Shown here in pieces: positions 1 through 12,800 of a stretch of DNA of 64,000 bases; within the stretch, counting starts at the first letter, position 1; the number at the start of each line of letters is the position of its first letter. The notes beneath the pieces were generated by a model. The model worked only from the letters and a program-made list of their open reading frames with translations, made no database searches and was not told the DNA's origin. Both the position numbers and the translations under genes were made by a program. The DNA lies in assembly GCA_002269645.1 (NCBI GenBank), contig NIVC01002059.1, positions 124,001 to 188,000 on the forward strand. The letters are read 5' to 3'. The stretch is from Macrostomum lignano. Lineage: Eukaryota.

Positions 1-605
1 TAGTCATGTGCATGTAGAATTCTTGGCTTGCCCCCTCCATCATAAAATCCATGCCGACGTCCCTTGAGATATGAGTATTGGTCTCTTGCTTTCCAGAAGG
101 GATATACATAGGCGCATTTCCCGAGCAAAGTTTCAATTTTAAAGGATAATCTTATTCACTGATCTCTGTTGAGGGATTTTCCCCATACGAGGATAATGAG
201 GTAATCTGGCTACCAATTAGGAAGAACAAACAATATCGAGGGGATGCAAAAACAGGCATTTTATAATCAACTGTAAAAGTACAACCGGTAGCTGGAAATC
301 TGAGATACGCTTACACTCATTATCTGTTACCCAGTATATAATTATCTGTTAACTATCCTAGAATTTGTTCCTTTTAATGTTTAAATATTGTGACATACAT
401 ATATGTACCAAATTGACCTTTAATGTACCTGTGCGTAAGATGTACCTCTCTGATATTTGACTTCTAATCACCTGGTCGCAATCGAATGCAAATATGTATA
501 TATATTTATTGATTTGTGATTACTACTTGATTCTTTCTATACCGTCAACTTTCCGATGTAATTATAGCTGAATACAAAATTGCAAGATAATCTTCTTCGG
601 CCCCA

Positions 606-2279
606 TCAGTCCGACAGGGTCAGCAGGTCGAAGGAGATCTGAGTGGCCAGCCCCAGCAGCCTGTCGTCTTCATCGCCCCGCAGCAGGCGGTCCGGCTGGT
701 TTTTCAGCTGAAAATACTGCAGCATGGTGGGCAGCAGGTTCTCCGTGCCCTGCGGCAGCTGGTTCGCGCGCTCCAGGTACCGCACGATCGACACCGTTGA
801 CTCCGACAGCGGCGTCGCTGACGAAGCAGATGCGGACGACGTCTGCTGCTGGCTGAGACCGAGCCGCAGCGACTCCGTGAAGACGGCCGGCTCCTCCCGG
901 CTGAGCCTCGATCCGAGCAGCGCCCGCAGCAGGTCCAGCAGGCGGTCCTGCAGACCCGCGCCTTTGGCGAAGGCCTCCTGCCGGACGCCGCTGTCGCCGT
1001 AACGCAGCGCCAGCTCGCGCAGCGCCGAGTTGACGCAGAACGACAGATCCGGCTGGCGCCGGTGCTCGCCGGTCATGCTGACGTCCTCGGCCAGGTATTC
1101 GCCGAGCTTCAGCACGAATTTGGCCGCCCGGCACAGCAGTGGCAGCGGGTCGTGGCAGCCGCGGCTGCGGCTCAGCGCCCATCGGCGCTCCTCCAGCGCC
1201 AGCCGGAGCAGCCGCGGCTCTCCGGCGCCCAGCAGGAGGTGGCCGCGCAGCTGCCGCTGCTCCGCCTCGGGCGGCCCGCCGACCATCAACAGCACGGGGA
1301 CGCCGAACCAGACGTTGACGCCGCAGAGGCGGGCGGCGGCATCGTCCGGCCCCCGCCAGGCCAGGTTGAGCCGCAGCCGCTTGGGCTGGGCGGCCTCCGC
1401 AGGCCAGTCCCGTCCGGCCTGGCGCCACCAGCCGAGCTCGCGGCTTGGCGTCAAGCGACTCCGCCAGCCGGCACCGCCGCGCTGCTGTTCGAGCAGGCCG
1501 AGCGCTCGCTGCAGCACGGCGGTTTCGATGGCGGACGCGCAGGCCCGGTGCGGCGCGGATGCTTCAACCAGCTGGGCCGGGCCGGCTGCGCGGTGCCGCA
1601 CGACGACTCCGTTGGCCCGGCCCGGTGCCAGCTGGCACAGGCAGAGGCGGCTGGCGCGGGCCCAGCCGGGCAGGTTGACCACAAAGTCCAGCACGGGGAA
1701 TTCGCTGGTCAGCGCCGTCTCCTGAGCCCAGCCGCCGATTAGGGTGACGGAGGCGTCGCCGAACACTGCGGGCAGCTCGGCGCTCAGCTGACAGCTGACC
1801 AGCTCGCTGAGGAAGCCGGCAACGTCGGCTACAAGACGGCTGGTGGGCTCTGATTGGTCGAAAGTGAGCGAGCCGTTGTCGTTTTGTAGCTCGTCAAAGA
1901 GGCTCTGCAGCACCGGACTGCCCCGCTCAGCTGCCCGAGTCACCGCGCCTGCCCACTCCGATGTGGTCGGGCCGACCTGCGGGCTCAGCCGAACGGACTC
2001 CGGTGGCAGGCGCCACACCAGGTAATGACGGTCCAACTGGTGGCAAATTGAGCACAGTGTATTAGCTTGAGCAGGCTTATTGTTGTTATTTTGAATGAGT
2101 TCGCTGGTCACTGGCTGATGAAGGCGATGATCCAGCTCTGTCAGTCGCTGCCAGGCGTCCTGCTGGCCGGCACCGCTGATGCTATGGCTTTGAGTGCCAG
2201 CGACAGTCAACGGCAGCTCCTCGCACGCCTGGTCCGAGGTGGCCAGACGGAGCACCTGACGCCGCCTGTTGGCCAGCAT
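606..2279 (-). CDS. Single-exon Mab-21/cGAS-like (cGLR) nucleotidyltransferase-fold protein, catalytic residues degenerate
   Basis: 557-aa GC-rich ORF with ATG start. IGGWAQETALTSEFPVLDFVVNL resembles the NTase hG[GS]x-ExD motif. The helical C-half (LCRAAKFVLKL, LSFCVNSALRELAL, LQDRLLDLLRAL) resembles the Mab-21 C-terminal bundle. Recognised by eye only. Confidence 0.5.
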   Translation of the reverse strand: MLANRRRQVLRLATSDQACEELPLTVAGTQSHSISGAGQQDAWQRLTELDHRLHQPVTSELIQNNNNKPAQANTLCSICHQLDRHYLVWRLPPESVRLSPQVGPTTSEWAGAVTRAAERGSPVLQSLFDELQNDNGSLTFDQSEPTSRLVADVAGFLSELVSCQLSAELPAVFGDASVTLIGGWAQETALTSEFPVLDFVVNLPGWARASRLCLCQLAPGRANGVVVRHRAAGPAQLVEASAPHRACASAIETAVLQRALGLLEQQRGGAGWRSRLTPSRELGWWRQAGRDWPAEAAQPKRLRLNLAWRGPDDAAARLCGVNVWFGVPVLLMVGGPPEAEQRQLRGHLLLGAGEPRLLRLALEERRWALSRSRGCHDPLPLLCRAAKFVLKLGEYLAEDVSMTGEHRRQPDLSFCVNSALRELALRYGDSGVRQEAFAKGAGLQDRLLDLLRALLGSRLSREEPAVFTESLRLGLSQQQTSSASASSATPLSESTVSIVRYLERANQLPQGTENLLPTMLQYFQLKNQPDRLLRGDEDDRLLGLATQISFDLLTLSD

Positions 2280-5200
2280 TCGATCAAATTCGACTATTAT
2301 GAAATTAGGTACTGGTTAGCTAAAAAAATCCTATATATTTATCTAGAAAATAGAGCCTTAGACCCTTAGTTTTCGCTGGCTATAATACAAATTTGTAGCT
2401 GACCCTATAAGGCTCTCACGAGCAGAGAAAACTTTCGCAATTGTGATTCGTTTTGCTAATTTTAGCTGAATAGCTGTGCTAATTATTATTTGGCGACTAA
2501 TGCGCACTTATATAATATTATGCGCCAAAATGTCTTAAGCTAAAGCCTCCAACCTCCTCCCCCCGTTAAGTCCTCCAACATGCATGTTGAATCTCGCATT
2601 CGGGCACAGCTGTGTGTCCTAACAAAGCTAGGCGCTTACCTTTTAACGAGCGATAGGGTGTGAAAGAACGAAAAGAAAGGAAGTGTGGGTAGAAGGAAGC
2701 ATATATGTCGTGTGACTTGCTCTTTCCTTTAGTAATCTAAAAACTTTATATATGCACCTGTATGCATATGAGACGTACATAGTAAAAGTTAGTTTATGTA
2801 TTGGTAACAACATGCAAAGCGGCTGATTTTCAAATATTAATATTACGATCTACGTACATCTAAATATACATGTATGTGAGACTGTTTAAAATATTTATCA
2901 TATTCAGCTACATGTTAACAATACATGTACATATACGAGTACATGTATGTACATGATTGCATGATGCATGTACGACCGTAGTGCTACTAATTGGTGCCAA
3001 TGTGTACAAAGCACATTTTTGTGAAATAACCATGCAGATCCACGCGACTGAACAAGCTAGGGCCGGCGTTGGTTTTGTACATGTTTGGCTCGCTCCCTTT
3101 TACATTTATGCATAAATTCATCTCATTCGTGGCTCCAGTACGTGTTTTAAGTCCAGTGCCAGAGGCATGACACCAGTCACCGGAGCAAAATTAAACCAAG
3201 AGATTTTTTTGCAAATAAGACGGGACTCTCAACCTGTTACTATACAGTAAGTCGCTTCGACTTAGGGGACCTAAAGGGTTTATGGTTTCCTCCTCAAATG
3301 GACAGCACGCAAAACTTGGTTACGTGTGAGTCTCTGGCCTTTACGAGCGTAGGATGCAGATCTGATAATTAACTATTAAAATCCCATGTACTACTAAGGT
3401 TAATAAACTTTTAAGAAGTTTTCAGAAGATTGAAACAAAGTAAATTCATGTAAAAGGAAAAAGTGCGCTCCAAAAAGCAATCAATGTACTGGTTGTAAAG
3501 ATCACACATTATACTGAACCTCTTCTCTTCTAAAGCCAAAGCCAAGGACTACTCAGCTACTCTAATTGAGTAGTCCTTGGCTAAAGCAACAACACTTCTC
3601 TCTTGCGGCAGCAAAGACTGCTTAAATAATAATTGTAAATATAATTAAATTGCCTTGAATAAGAACTATCTAAAAACTGCGATGTGGAAAGGTTAAATCG
3701 AATATAGGATACTAAACCACAAGGGGTAGATATACTAACTCGACATGACTGACGGGCGAGGGATGGTTACCCAACAGTGTGCTGCATGTCTAAATTATCC
3801 CTATTATAATTTAGAGAGATTATCTTATCTTATGGGAGATCGGAGGCCATTAGGGTGGAAAGACAGTCGAAAAAATTTCCGGAAAATTTAAGAACGTACT
3901 TACGACTATTTGTAAATACCACGTGCAATAAATACAATCTGGTGATTGTTGTAACATAATTGTTCGATTTCACGCTGATAATTGTAATTTGCCTGGCATC
4001 TACATTGCCTGAAGCATCTGAATCCTGCTAGTGCAAGCTTTCAAAGTATTGTACAGGCTGTATATATTGTACATCTGATCTGTATACATAAAACCAAAAG
4101 TAAGTATTCCATTCTTAACTTATTGGATTGTCTAGATTAAATAAAGTGCAACAAGTCATTTTAGGTTTCTTAGATTAGACATGTGACGATGTGAGATTTC
4201 AATTTTGGTAGTTGACGACTTGAACATTTAGCTCTTTATTAAGGTTGCCTTCCTATTCTAGCTATTCATAGACAGTTTTATTATTATTATATATCAAAAT
4301 TGTTTTTATGTAAATAAAAATTCTATAAATATATTTATTATTAAACTATATTGTACTTTACTATTCTATTATCATGTATTGTGTTGTGTTATTATAAATA
4401 ATAATAAATAGGCCTACTTTTTATGGAATTTTTTTTTATTTAGATATAAAACCCTGCTATTAATCATTAATGTATATAAACATATTATTAGTATTATTAT
4501 TCTAGTGTAAACCCATAGTCAGGATTATGGCATGCCTGTGCCAGAATGAATCCTATCAAAAAAAGTTTGATTGCGCTGTACACCACAACAAATCTTATCA
4601 AAAAACTTTGCTTACACTGTGTGCCAGAACTAGGCCTATTCCTATCAAAAAAGTTTAATTGTGCCATGCAAAAATCAGTTATTTTCTATTTGAAAAATGC
4701 CAGTAAAATTTGTCTATGAACATGTTTGATAGAAAATGTAATGTTAATGTAAATCAATTAAAAAGCTGTCAATACATTAGCAAACAAAAAGTGCTAATTA
4801 TAAGAAATTATAGGCCTACATGCTAATTTTCTATTACAGAAAATATTGTCTCATTGGAAGTTTTTCTTGTACCAAATTATATCAATTTTTTTGTCTTGCA
4901 TTGTACTGCACCAGATTTTCTTCCTTGCTTGTTTTTGCACTGGAATGCACTAGTGCGGCACATGTCCAACCCCTTTTTGCATCAAAATTTTCCATGAAAA
5001 GGCCATCTTCCTGACTATGTCTATGGGTGTAAACTGGTTTTTTGCCAAAGAAAACTTTTTGAAATTATACCTTATGCTCAATTTCAAGGTGCAATTTTAA
5101 AGCTCAAAGTATAATTTATTTTTTTCTTTTTTAAAGCAAATGAGGCAAATGAGACTTCAAAGAAAAAAAAGGTTATGAGACTATACTAAACTGTATTCAC

Positions 5201-6860
5201 TTTTCAATTTCAAGGTGCATTTTTTTAATTTAGGGTACATACATATATTTTGCACTAAAAACCTAGAGTATAACAAATATCTAATTAAATATAAGATTTG
5301 CATGTTGATAGTTGCTTTATATATAAAAACTAGTAATAAACATATTGAACCTTGATTGTGATTGATGACCAACTTGCTAATTATTTGATTTGATTATTTG
5401 TATTTTCTCTCAAATAGATAGTAGTAAATTAGTATATTATTAGATAGTATTATTATATGTATATATAATTAATAAGCAAACAAAGTAATGAATTAGGTTG
5501 GAGTGGCTTTGGAGATTATGATCTTATAAGAAAATATGGTAGGGCCTACTTAGGTTAGATGCAGTTCTAGATCTGGCAGATAGCATTCTTTGATAATGCT
5601 TGTAATAATTAACTTGTTAGCAATAAGACTATTAGCGAAGCTCCCAAAAACTGTCTCCTTTGAAGCCAAAGAATTTAAAATGTCAAATAAAGTATTGCCA
5701 ACCTAGTAAAACAAAGTGTTGCTAACCATTTTCAGCAGACATAAAAATACAACATATTGAAATAATCAAAATATACATTAAAAATTCCTAGCAAATACCA
5801 ACCAAAGAACTAAAGAGACAAAAGAACTATCAATGTCACAATAGTGATTACTATGGCATGTGCAAATTTGTATTAAACATATAAATTCTCTAGATCTTAG
5901 CCTATTTGCATAAGCTTGGAAGATCCCAAAATAAGTTTTTAAAATTTTAAAAATAAAAAATGGCACTTATGTCTTAAAAGATAAATAAATAAAATAATCA
6001 ATCATATTATCAATTCGATAGCATATATATTCTAATTTCAAGTCTAACTAGACCCAATATATATTATAAGTAAATAATAAAGAGCTATTATAAGGTATTA
6101 ATGAATGTTTAAAGGCTATAAATACCCAAGTTTTAATCATTAGTATTGATATATAATAGCCAAGATTATAGACAAAGTAAATTTTGGCTATAATATGATT
6201 ATTATGTAATATCTCATTTAGTATACTCTAGAATTTTATAGTATATAAATCATTTGTGTTACTTCAATATTAAGTCAGTATGTTTGGTTAATATATCTAT
6301 CAAGTTAAGTGGTCTTAATAATTGAATATAAATTGAATTATAAGTATTCAGTAATAAAAGTCTTAGAAAAAATTTAGTTGAAATAAAGATAGTACTGAAA
6401 AAAAATATTACACTTAATTTATTTTTTCTTGTAAGTAGTAAAAGATAATTTTTTGTCACAAGAGATTCCTATTTTGGTATGCCTAAGAATGCCTTAGTGT
6501 TCATTGGTATGTACTTAGCAGTGTTTACCATTAATAATTTAGATATAGTTGTAATACGCATTAAACCCAGTCTAATGGTCAATCGATCAATCCACTCAGC
6601 TTTAGATATAAGAGATTGCCTAAGTCTATCTAGCCTATTTGTCCTACATTTGTCCTATAGATACTATAAAGCTTTAGTAGTACATTGCTTGTATATTAGT
6701 CTAGAGTTATTTTGAATAAAAATTAAGACTTGGAAAGCATTCAGTATGTTGTCTATATGTATATTGTATTGTCATTATTTATTAACTAAACGTTGCCTAT
6801 TAAAAATAACATTGTAGAGTCGCCGAATTCAGCTAAAAACTTCGCAGGCCAGTAAGTAGT

Positions 6861-9800
6861 ATGTCAGACCGCACAGCCTATCTGTCGCGTTCGCAGGACG
6901 ACGCCCAGGTATCGTATCAGTTCCAGCGCCAGCAGCTAGACTCAATCAATGCCTATGTTGATAAACGATGGGCCCAGACAATGGGCTCGAGTTTCTTGGC
7001 GGCGTAGGCGGCGGCGGGGTCGCCGATCTCAGCAGCCGGTTCGACCGGTTCCACCTGACTAGCCAGGATGGAGGCGGCGGCGGCGGCATCTGGGAGGGCC
7101 AGGCCGCCTATCCCTGGGATATTCCAACCTCGGCCGCTGCTGCCAATCGCAATCCGGCAGTTTCATCCGGCTCAAATTCGTCTGGCTGGCCGCCTGCGGT
7201 TTCCGCCGCTGTCGATATTGTCGGCGGCAGCAGCGAGCACGCCGTCTCGCAGCCTATCGACATGTCGACCGGCGTCGGTGGCGGCGGCGGCCAGTTGGCC
7301 CAGCAGCACCGGCACGGCTTGGTGCAGTCGCAGGACCAGGCTCTGTCGCCTAATAGCAAAGATCTCATTGCCATGGGCATGAAGATTGTCGATCAGGTGC
7401 GTTCTGCGGTTCTTCCATCTCCATCTATCCCACTCAGCAATCATCTCCCATCTATCCCACTCAGCAATCATCTCTCATCTATCCCACTCAGCAATCATCC
7501 CTCATCTTTCCCACTCAGCAATCATCCCCCATCTTTCCCACTCAGCAATCATCTCTCATCTATCCCACTCAGCAATCATCTCCCATCTATCCCACTCAGC
7601 AATCATCCCCCATCTTTCCCACTCAGCAATCATCTCTCATCTATCCCACTCAGCAATCATCTCCCATCTATCCCACTCAGCAATCATCTCCCATCTATCC
7701 CACTCAGCAATCATCTCTCATCTATCCCACTCAGCAATCATCTCTCATCTATCCCACTCAGCAATCATCTCCCATCTATCCCACTCAGCAATCATCTCTC
7801 ATCTTTCCCACTCAGCAATCATCTCTCATCTATCCCACTCAGCAATCATCCCCCATCTTTCCCACTCAGCAATCATCTCTCATCTATCCCACTCAGCAAT
7901 CATCCCCCATCTTTCCCACTCAGCAATCATCTCTCATCTATCCCACTCAGCAATCATCCCCCATCTATCCCACTCAGCAATCATCTCCATCTATCCCACT
8001 CAGCAATCATCTCTCATCTATCCCACTCAGCAATCATCCCCCATCTTTCCCACTCAGCAATCATCTCTCATCTATCCCACTCAGCAATCATCTCCCATCT
8101 ATCCCACTCAGCAATCATCCCCCATCTTTCCCACTCAGCAATCATCTCTCATCTATCCCACTCAGCAATCATCTCTCATCTATCCCACTCAGCAATCATC
8201 TCCCATCTATCCCACTCAGCAATCATCTCCCATCTATCCCACTCAGCAATCATCTCTCATCTATCCCACTCAGCAATCATCTCTCATCTATCCCACTCAG
8301 CAATCATCTCCCATCTATCCCACTCAGCAATCATCTCTCATCTTTCCCACTCAGCAATCATCTCTCATCTATCCCACTCAGCAATCATCCCCATCTTTCC
8401 CACTCAGCAATCATCTCTCATCTATCCCACTCAGCAATCATCCCCCATCTTTCCCACTCAGCAATCATCTCTCATCTATCCCACTCAGCAATCATCCCCC
8501 ATCTATCCCACTCAGCAATCATCTCCATCTATCCCACTCAGCAATCATCTCTCATCTATCCCACTCAGCAATCATCTCCCATCTATCCCACTCAGCAATC
8601 ATCTCCATCTATCCCACTCAGCAATCATCTCCCATCTATCCCACTCAGCAATCATCTCCCATCTATCCCACTCAGCAATCATCTCTCATCTATCCCACTC
8701 AGCAATCATCTCCCATCTATCCCACTCAGCAATCATCTCCCATCTATCCCACTCAGCAATCATCTCTCATCTATCCCACTCAGCAATCATCTCTCATCTA
8801 TCCCACTCAGCAATCATCTCTCATCTATCCCACTCAGCAATCATCTCCCATCTATCCCACTCAGCAATCATCTCTCATCTATCCCACTCAGCAATCATCC
8901 CCCATCTTTCCCACTCAGCAATCATCTCTCATCTATCCCACTCAGCAATCATCTCTCATCTATCCCACTCAGCAATCATCTCCCATCTATCCCACTCAGC
9001 AATCATCTCTCATCTATCCCACTCAGCAATCATCTCCCATCTATCCCACTCAGCAATCATCTCCATCTATCCCACTCAGCAATCATCTCCCATCTATCCC
9101 ACTCAGCAATCATCTCCCATCTATCCCACTCAGCAATCATCTCCATCTATCCCACTCAGCAATCATCTCCATCTATCCCACTCAGCAATAATCTCCATCT
9201 ATCCCACTCAGCAATCATCTCCCATCTATCCCACTCAGCAATCATCTCTCATCTATCCCACTCAGCAATCATCTCTCATCTATCCCACTCAGCAATCATC
9301 TCCCATCTATCCCACTCAGCAATCATCTCTCATCTATCCCACTCAGCAATCATCCCCCATCTTTCCCACTCAGCAATCATCTCTCATCTATCCCACTCAG
9401 CAATCATCTCTCATCTATCCCACTCAGCAATCATCTCCCATCTATCCCACTCAGCAATCATCTCCATCTATCCCACTCAGCAATCATCTCCCATCTATCC
9501 CACTCAGCAATCATCTCCCATCTATCCCACTCAGCAATCATCTCTCATCTATCCCACTCAGCAATCATCTCCCATCTATCCCACTCAGCAATCATCTCCC
9601 ATCTATCCCACTCAGCAATCATCTCTCATCTATCCCACTCAGCAATCATCTCTCATCTATCCCACTCAGCAATCATCTCTCATCTATCCCACTCAGCAAT
9701 CATCTCCCATCTATCCCACTCAGCAATCATCTCTCATCTATCCCACTCAGCAATCATCTCTCATCTATCCCACTCAGCAATCATCTCCCATCTATCCCAC

Positions 9801-12800
9801 TCAGCAATCATCTCTCATCTATCCCACTCAGCAATCATCTCTCATCTATCCCACTCAGCAATCATCTCCCATCTATCCCACTCAGCAATCATCTCCCATC
9901 TATCCCACTCAGCAATCATCTCCATCTATCCCACTCAGCAATCATCTCTCATCTATCCCACTCAGCAATCATCTCTCATCTATCCCACTCAGCAATCATC
10001 TCTCATCTATCCCACTCAGCAATCATCTCTCATCTATCCCACTCAGCAATCATCTCCCATCTATCCCACTCAGCAATCATCTCCATCTATCCCACTCAGC
10101 AATCATCTCTCATCTATCCCACTCAGCAATCATCTCTCATCTATCCCACTCAGCAATCATCTCTCATCTATCCCACTCAGCAATCATCTCTCATCTATCC
10201 CACTCAGCAGTCATCTCCCATCTATCCCACTCAGCAATCATCTCCATCTATCCCACACAGCAGTCATCTCCATCTATCCCACTCAGCAATCACCCCCATC
10301 TATCCCACTCAGCAATCATCCCCCATCTTTCCCACTCAGCAATCACCCCCATCTATCCCACTCAGCAATCATCTCCCATCTATCCCACACACCACTCAGC
10401 AATCATCTCCTATCTATCCCACACACCACTCAGCAATCATCTCCCATCTATCCCACACACCACTCAGCAATCATCCCCCATCTATCCCACACACCACTCA
10501 GCAATCATCTCCCATCTATCCCACACACCACTCAGCAATCATCTCCTATCTATCCCACACACCACTCAGCAATCATCTCCTATCTATCCCACACACCACT
10601 CAGCAATCATCTCCAATTTATCCCACACACCATTCAGCAATCATCTCCCATCTATCCCACACACCACTCAGCAATCATCTCCTATCTATCCCACACACCA
10701 TTCAGCAATCATCTCCCATCTATCCCACACACCACTCAGCAATCATCTCCCCTGCTCTAAGCCTATCCCGAATGCAAGCCAGTCTATTAACCAATAACTG
10801 CCAGGTGTTGGACAGCGGTTCGCCCAGCGTCGGCGGTGGCATGATGCTTGGCGGCCCGCAGGACTACAGCAGCGACTACGATCTGCTTCAGCAGCAACAG
10901 CAGCAGCAATTAACTGGCGGCCTAAATTATCGTCAGCAATCGGAGCACCTGCCGGGTCATCAGTTCGGCGGCGGCGCCTTCACTGGAGACGCCTACCAGC
11001 CGGATGACGCCGCGGCGTTGCTGTCTTCAACAAGGGGACAGTCGCCAGCTATGCTGCCGCCTCAGTTCGGCTTCGGTCCCTACATGACTGGCGGTACCGG
11101 CGGAGGAGGCGCTGATTCCTACCAGCAACAGCAGCAGTTGAGCAATATGATGTCTTATGGTTTGCCTTATCACCTGCTGTTTCAGCAGCAGCAGCAGCAG
11201 CAACAGGCGGCCGCTTACAAAGCCGCCGCAGTCGACAACAAAGACTCTGTTGGCTTCGGGTTGTTCCCGCCGATGTTCGGCAATGCTGACGGCGGTAGCG
11301 GCGGCGGAGGCTTTTATGGCTCGTCTCCGCCTTCCAATTCTGTTGGCGGCTTCTTCAACATGCCCGGCCAGCAGCAGCACCCGCGGGGCCACCACAATCA
11401 ACACCCCGCTTATCACCATCATCACCATCAGCAGCAGGCTCAGTCCAAGGATTCAACAGCCGCCGCCAGTCGATCCCGCCTATTGGAAGACTTCCGCCAG
11501 AATCGCCTGCCGAATCTGAGCCTTCAAGACCTCACTGGTCACGTGGTTGAGTTCGCCCAGGACCAGCACGGGTCCAGGTTTATACAGCAGAAGCTGGAGT
11601 CGGCTAATGCCAGTGATAAAACTCTGGTATTCACAGAGATTCTGCAGTCCGCCTATCCGCTCATGACCGACGTGTTTGGCAATTATGTTATCCAAAAACT
11701 GCTCGAATTTGGTACGCCAGAGCAGAAGCAGATTCTTGCGCAACGCCTTCGCGGCCAGGTACTGCCTCTGGCCCTGCAGATGTACGGCTGCCGGGTCATA
11801 CAGAAGGCTCTGGAGTCTGTGCCCACTGATGTGCAGGTTAGTGCTCTCGTGTATAGTCTATAGTATAGTCCAACTGTATAGTCCATAGTATAGTCCAACT
11901 GTATAGTCCATAGTATAGTCCAACTGTATAGTCCATAGTATAGTCCAACTGTATAGTCCATAGTATAGTCCAGCTGTATAGTCCAACTGTATAGTCCATA
12001 GTATAGTCCATAGTATAGTCCAGCTGTATAGTCCAACTGTATAATCCAACTGTATAGTCCATAGTATAGTCCAGCTGTATAGTCCATAGTATAGTCCAAC
12101 TGTATAGTCCATAGTATAGTCCAGCTGTATAGTCCATAGTATAGTCCAGCTGTATAGTCCAACTGTATAGTCCAGCTGTATAGTCCATAGTATAGTCCAG
12201 CTGTATAGTCCAGCTGTATAGTCCATAGTATAGTCCAGCTGTATAGTCCAACTGTATAGTCCATAGTATAGTCCAGCTGTATAGTCCATAGTATAGTCCA
12301 ACTGTATAGTCCATAGTATAGTCCAACTGTATAGTCCATAGTATAGTCCAGCTGTATAGTCCATAGTATAGTCCAACTGTATAGTCCATAGTATAGTCCA
12401 GCTGTATAGTCCATAGTATAGTCCAGCTGTATAGTCCAACTGTATAGTCCAGCTGTATAGTCCATAGTATAGTCCAACTGTATAGTCCATAGTATAGTCC
12501 AGCTGTATAGTCCATAGTATAGTCCAACTGTATAGTCCATAGTATAGTCCAGCTGTATAGTCCATAGTATAGTCCAACTGTATAGTCCATAGTATAGTCC
12601 AGCTGTATAGTCCAACTGTATAGTCCAGCTGTATAGTCCATAGTATAGTCCAGCTGTATAGTCCATAGTATAGTCCAACTGTATAGTCCATAGTATAGTC
12701 CAGCTGTATAGTCCATAGTATAGTCCAGCTGTATAGTCCATAGTATAGTCCAGCTGTATAGTCCAACTGTATAGTCCAGCTGTATAGTCCATAGTATAGT

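Noticed and set aside
1-66. Possible right end of a hAT-like MITE at the window start
   Set aside because: Partner TIR and TSD are outside the window, so it cannot be supported.
670-1742. Overlapping alternative-frame ORFs within the Mab-21-like gene
   Set aside because: Expected shadow ORFs of GC-rich coding sequence
2300-6800. Short ORFs and possible RNA genes in the AT-rich spacer between the divergent Mab-21-like and Pumilio genes
   Set aside because: No coding bias, no motifs, and no tRNA/rRNA/snRNA signature recognised
6968-11863. 1631-aa ORF as a single giant protein
   Set aside because: A clean GT..AG intron (7397-10804) removes the repeat, the ORF runs past a donor at 11837, and the real start is upstream at 6861.
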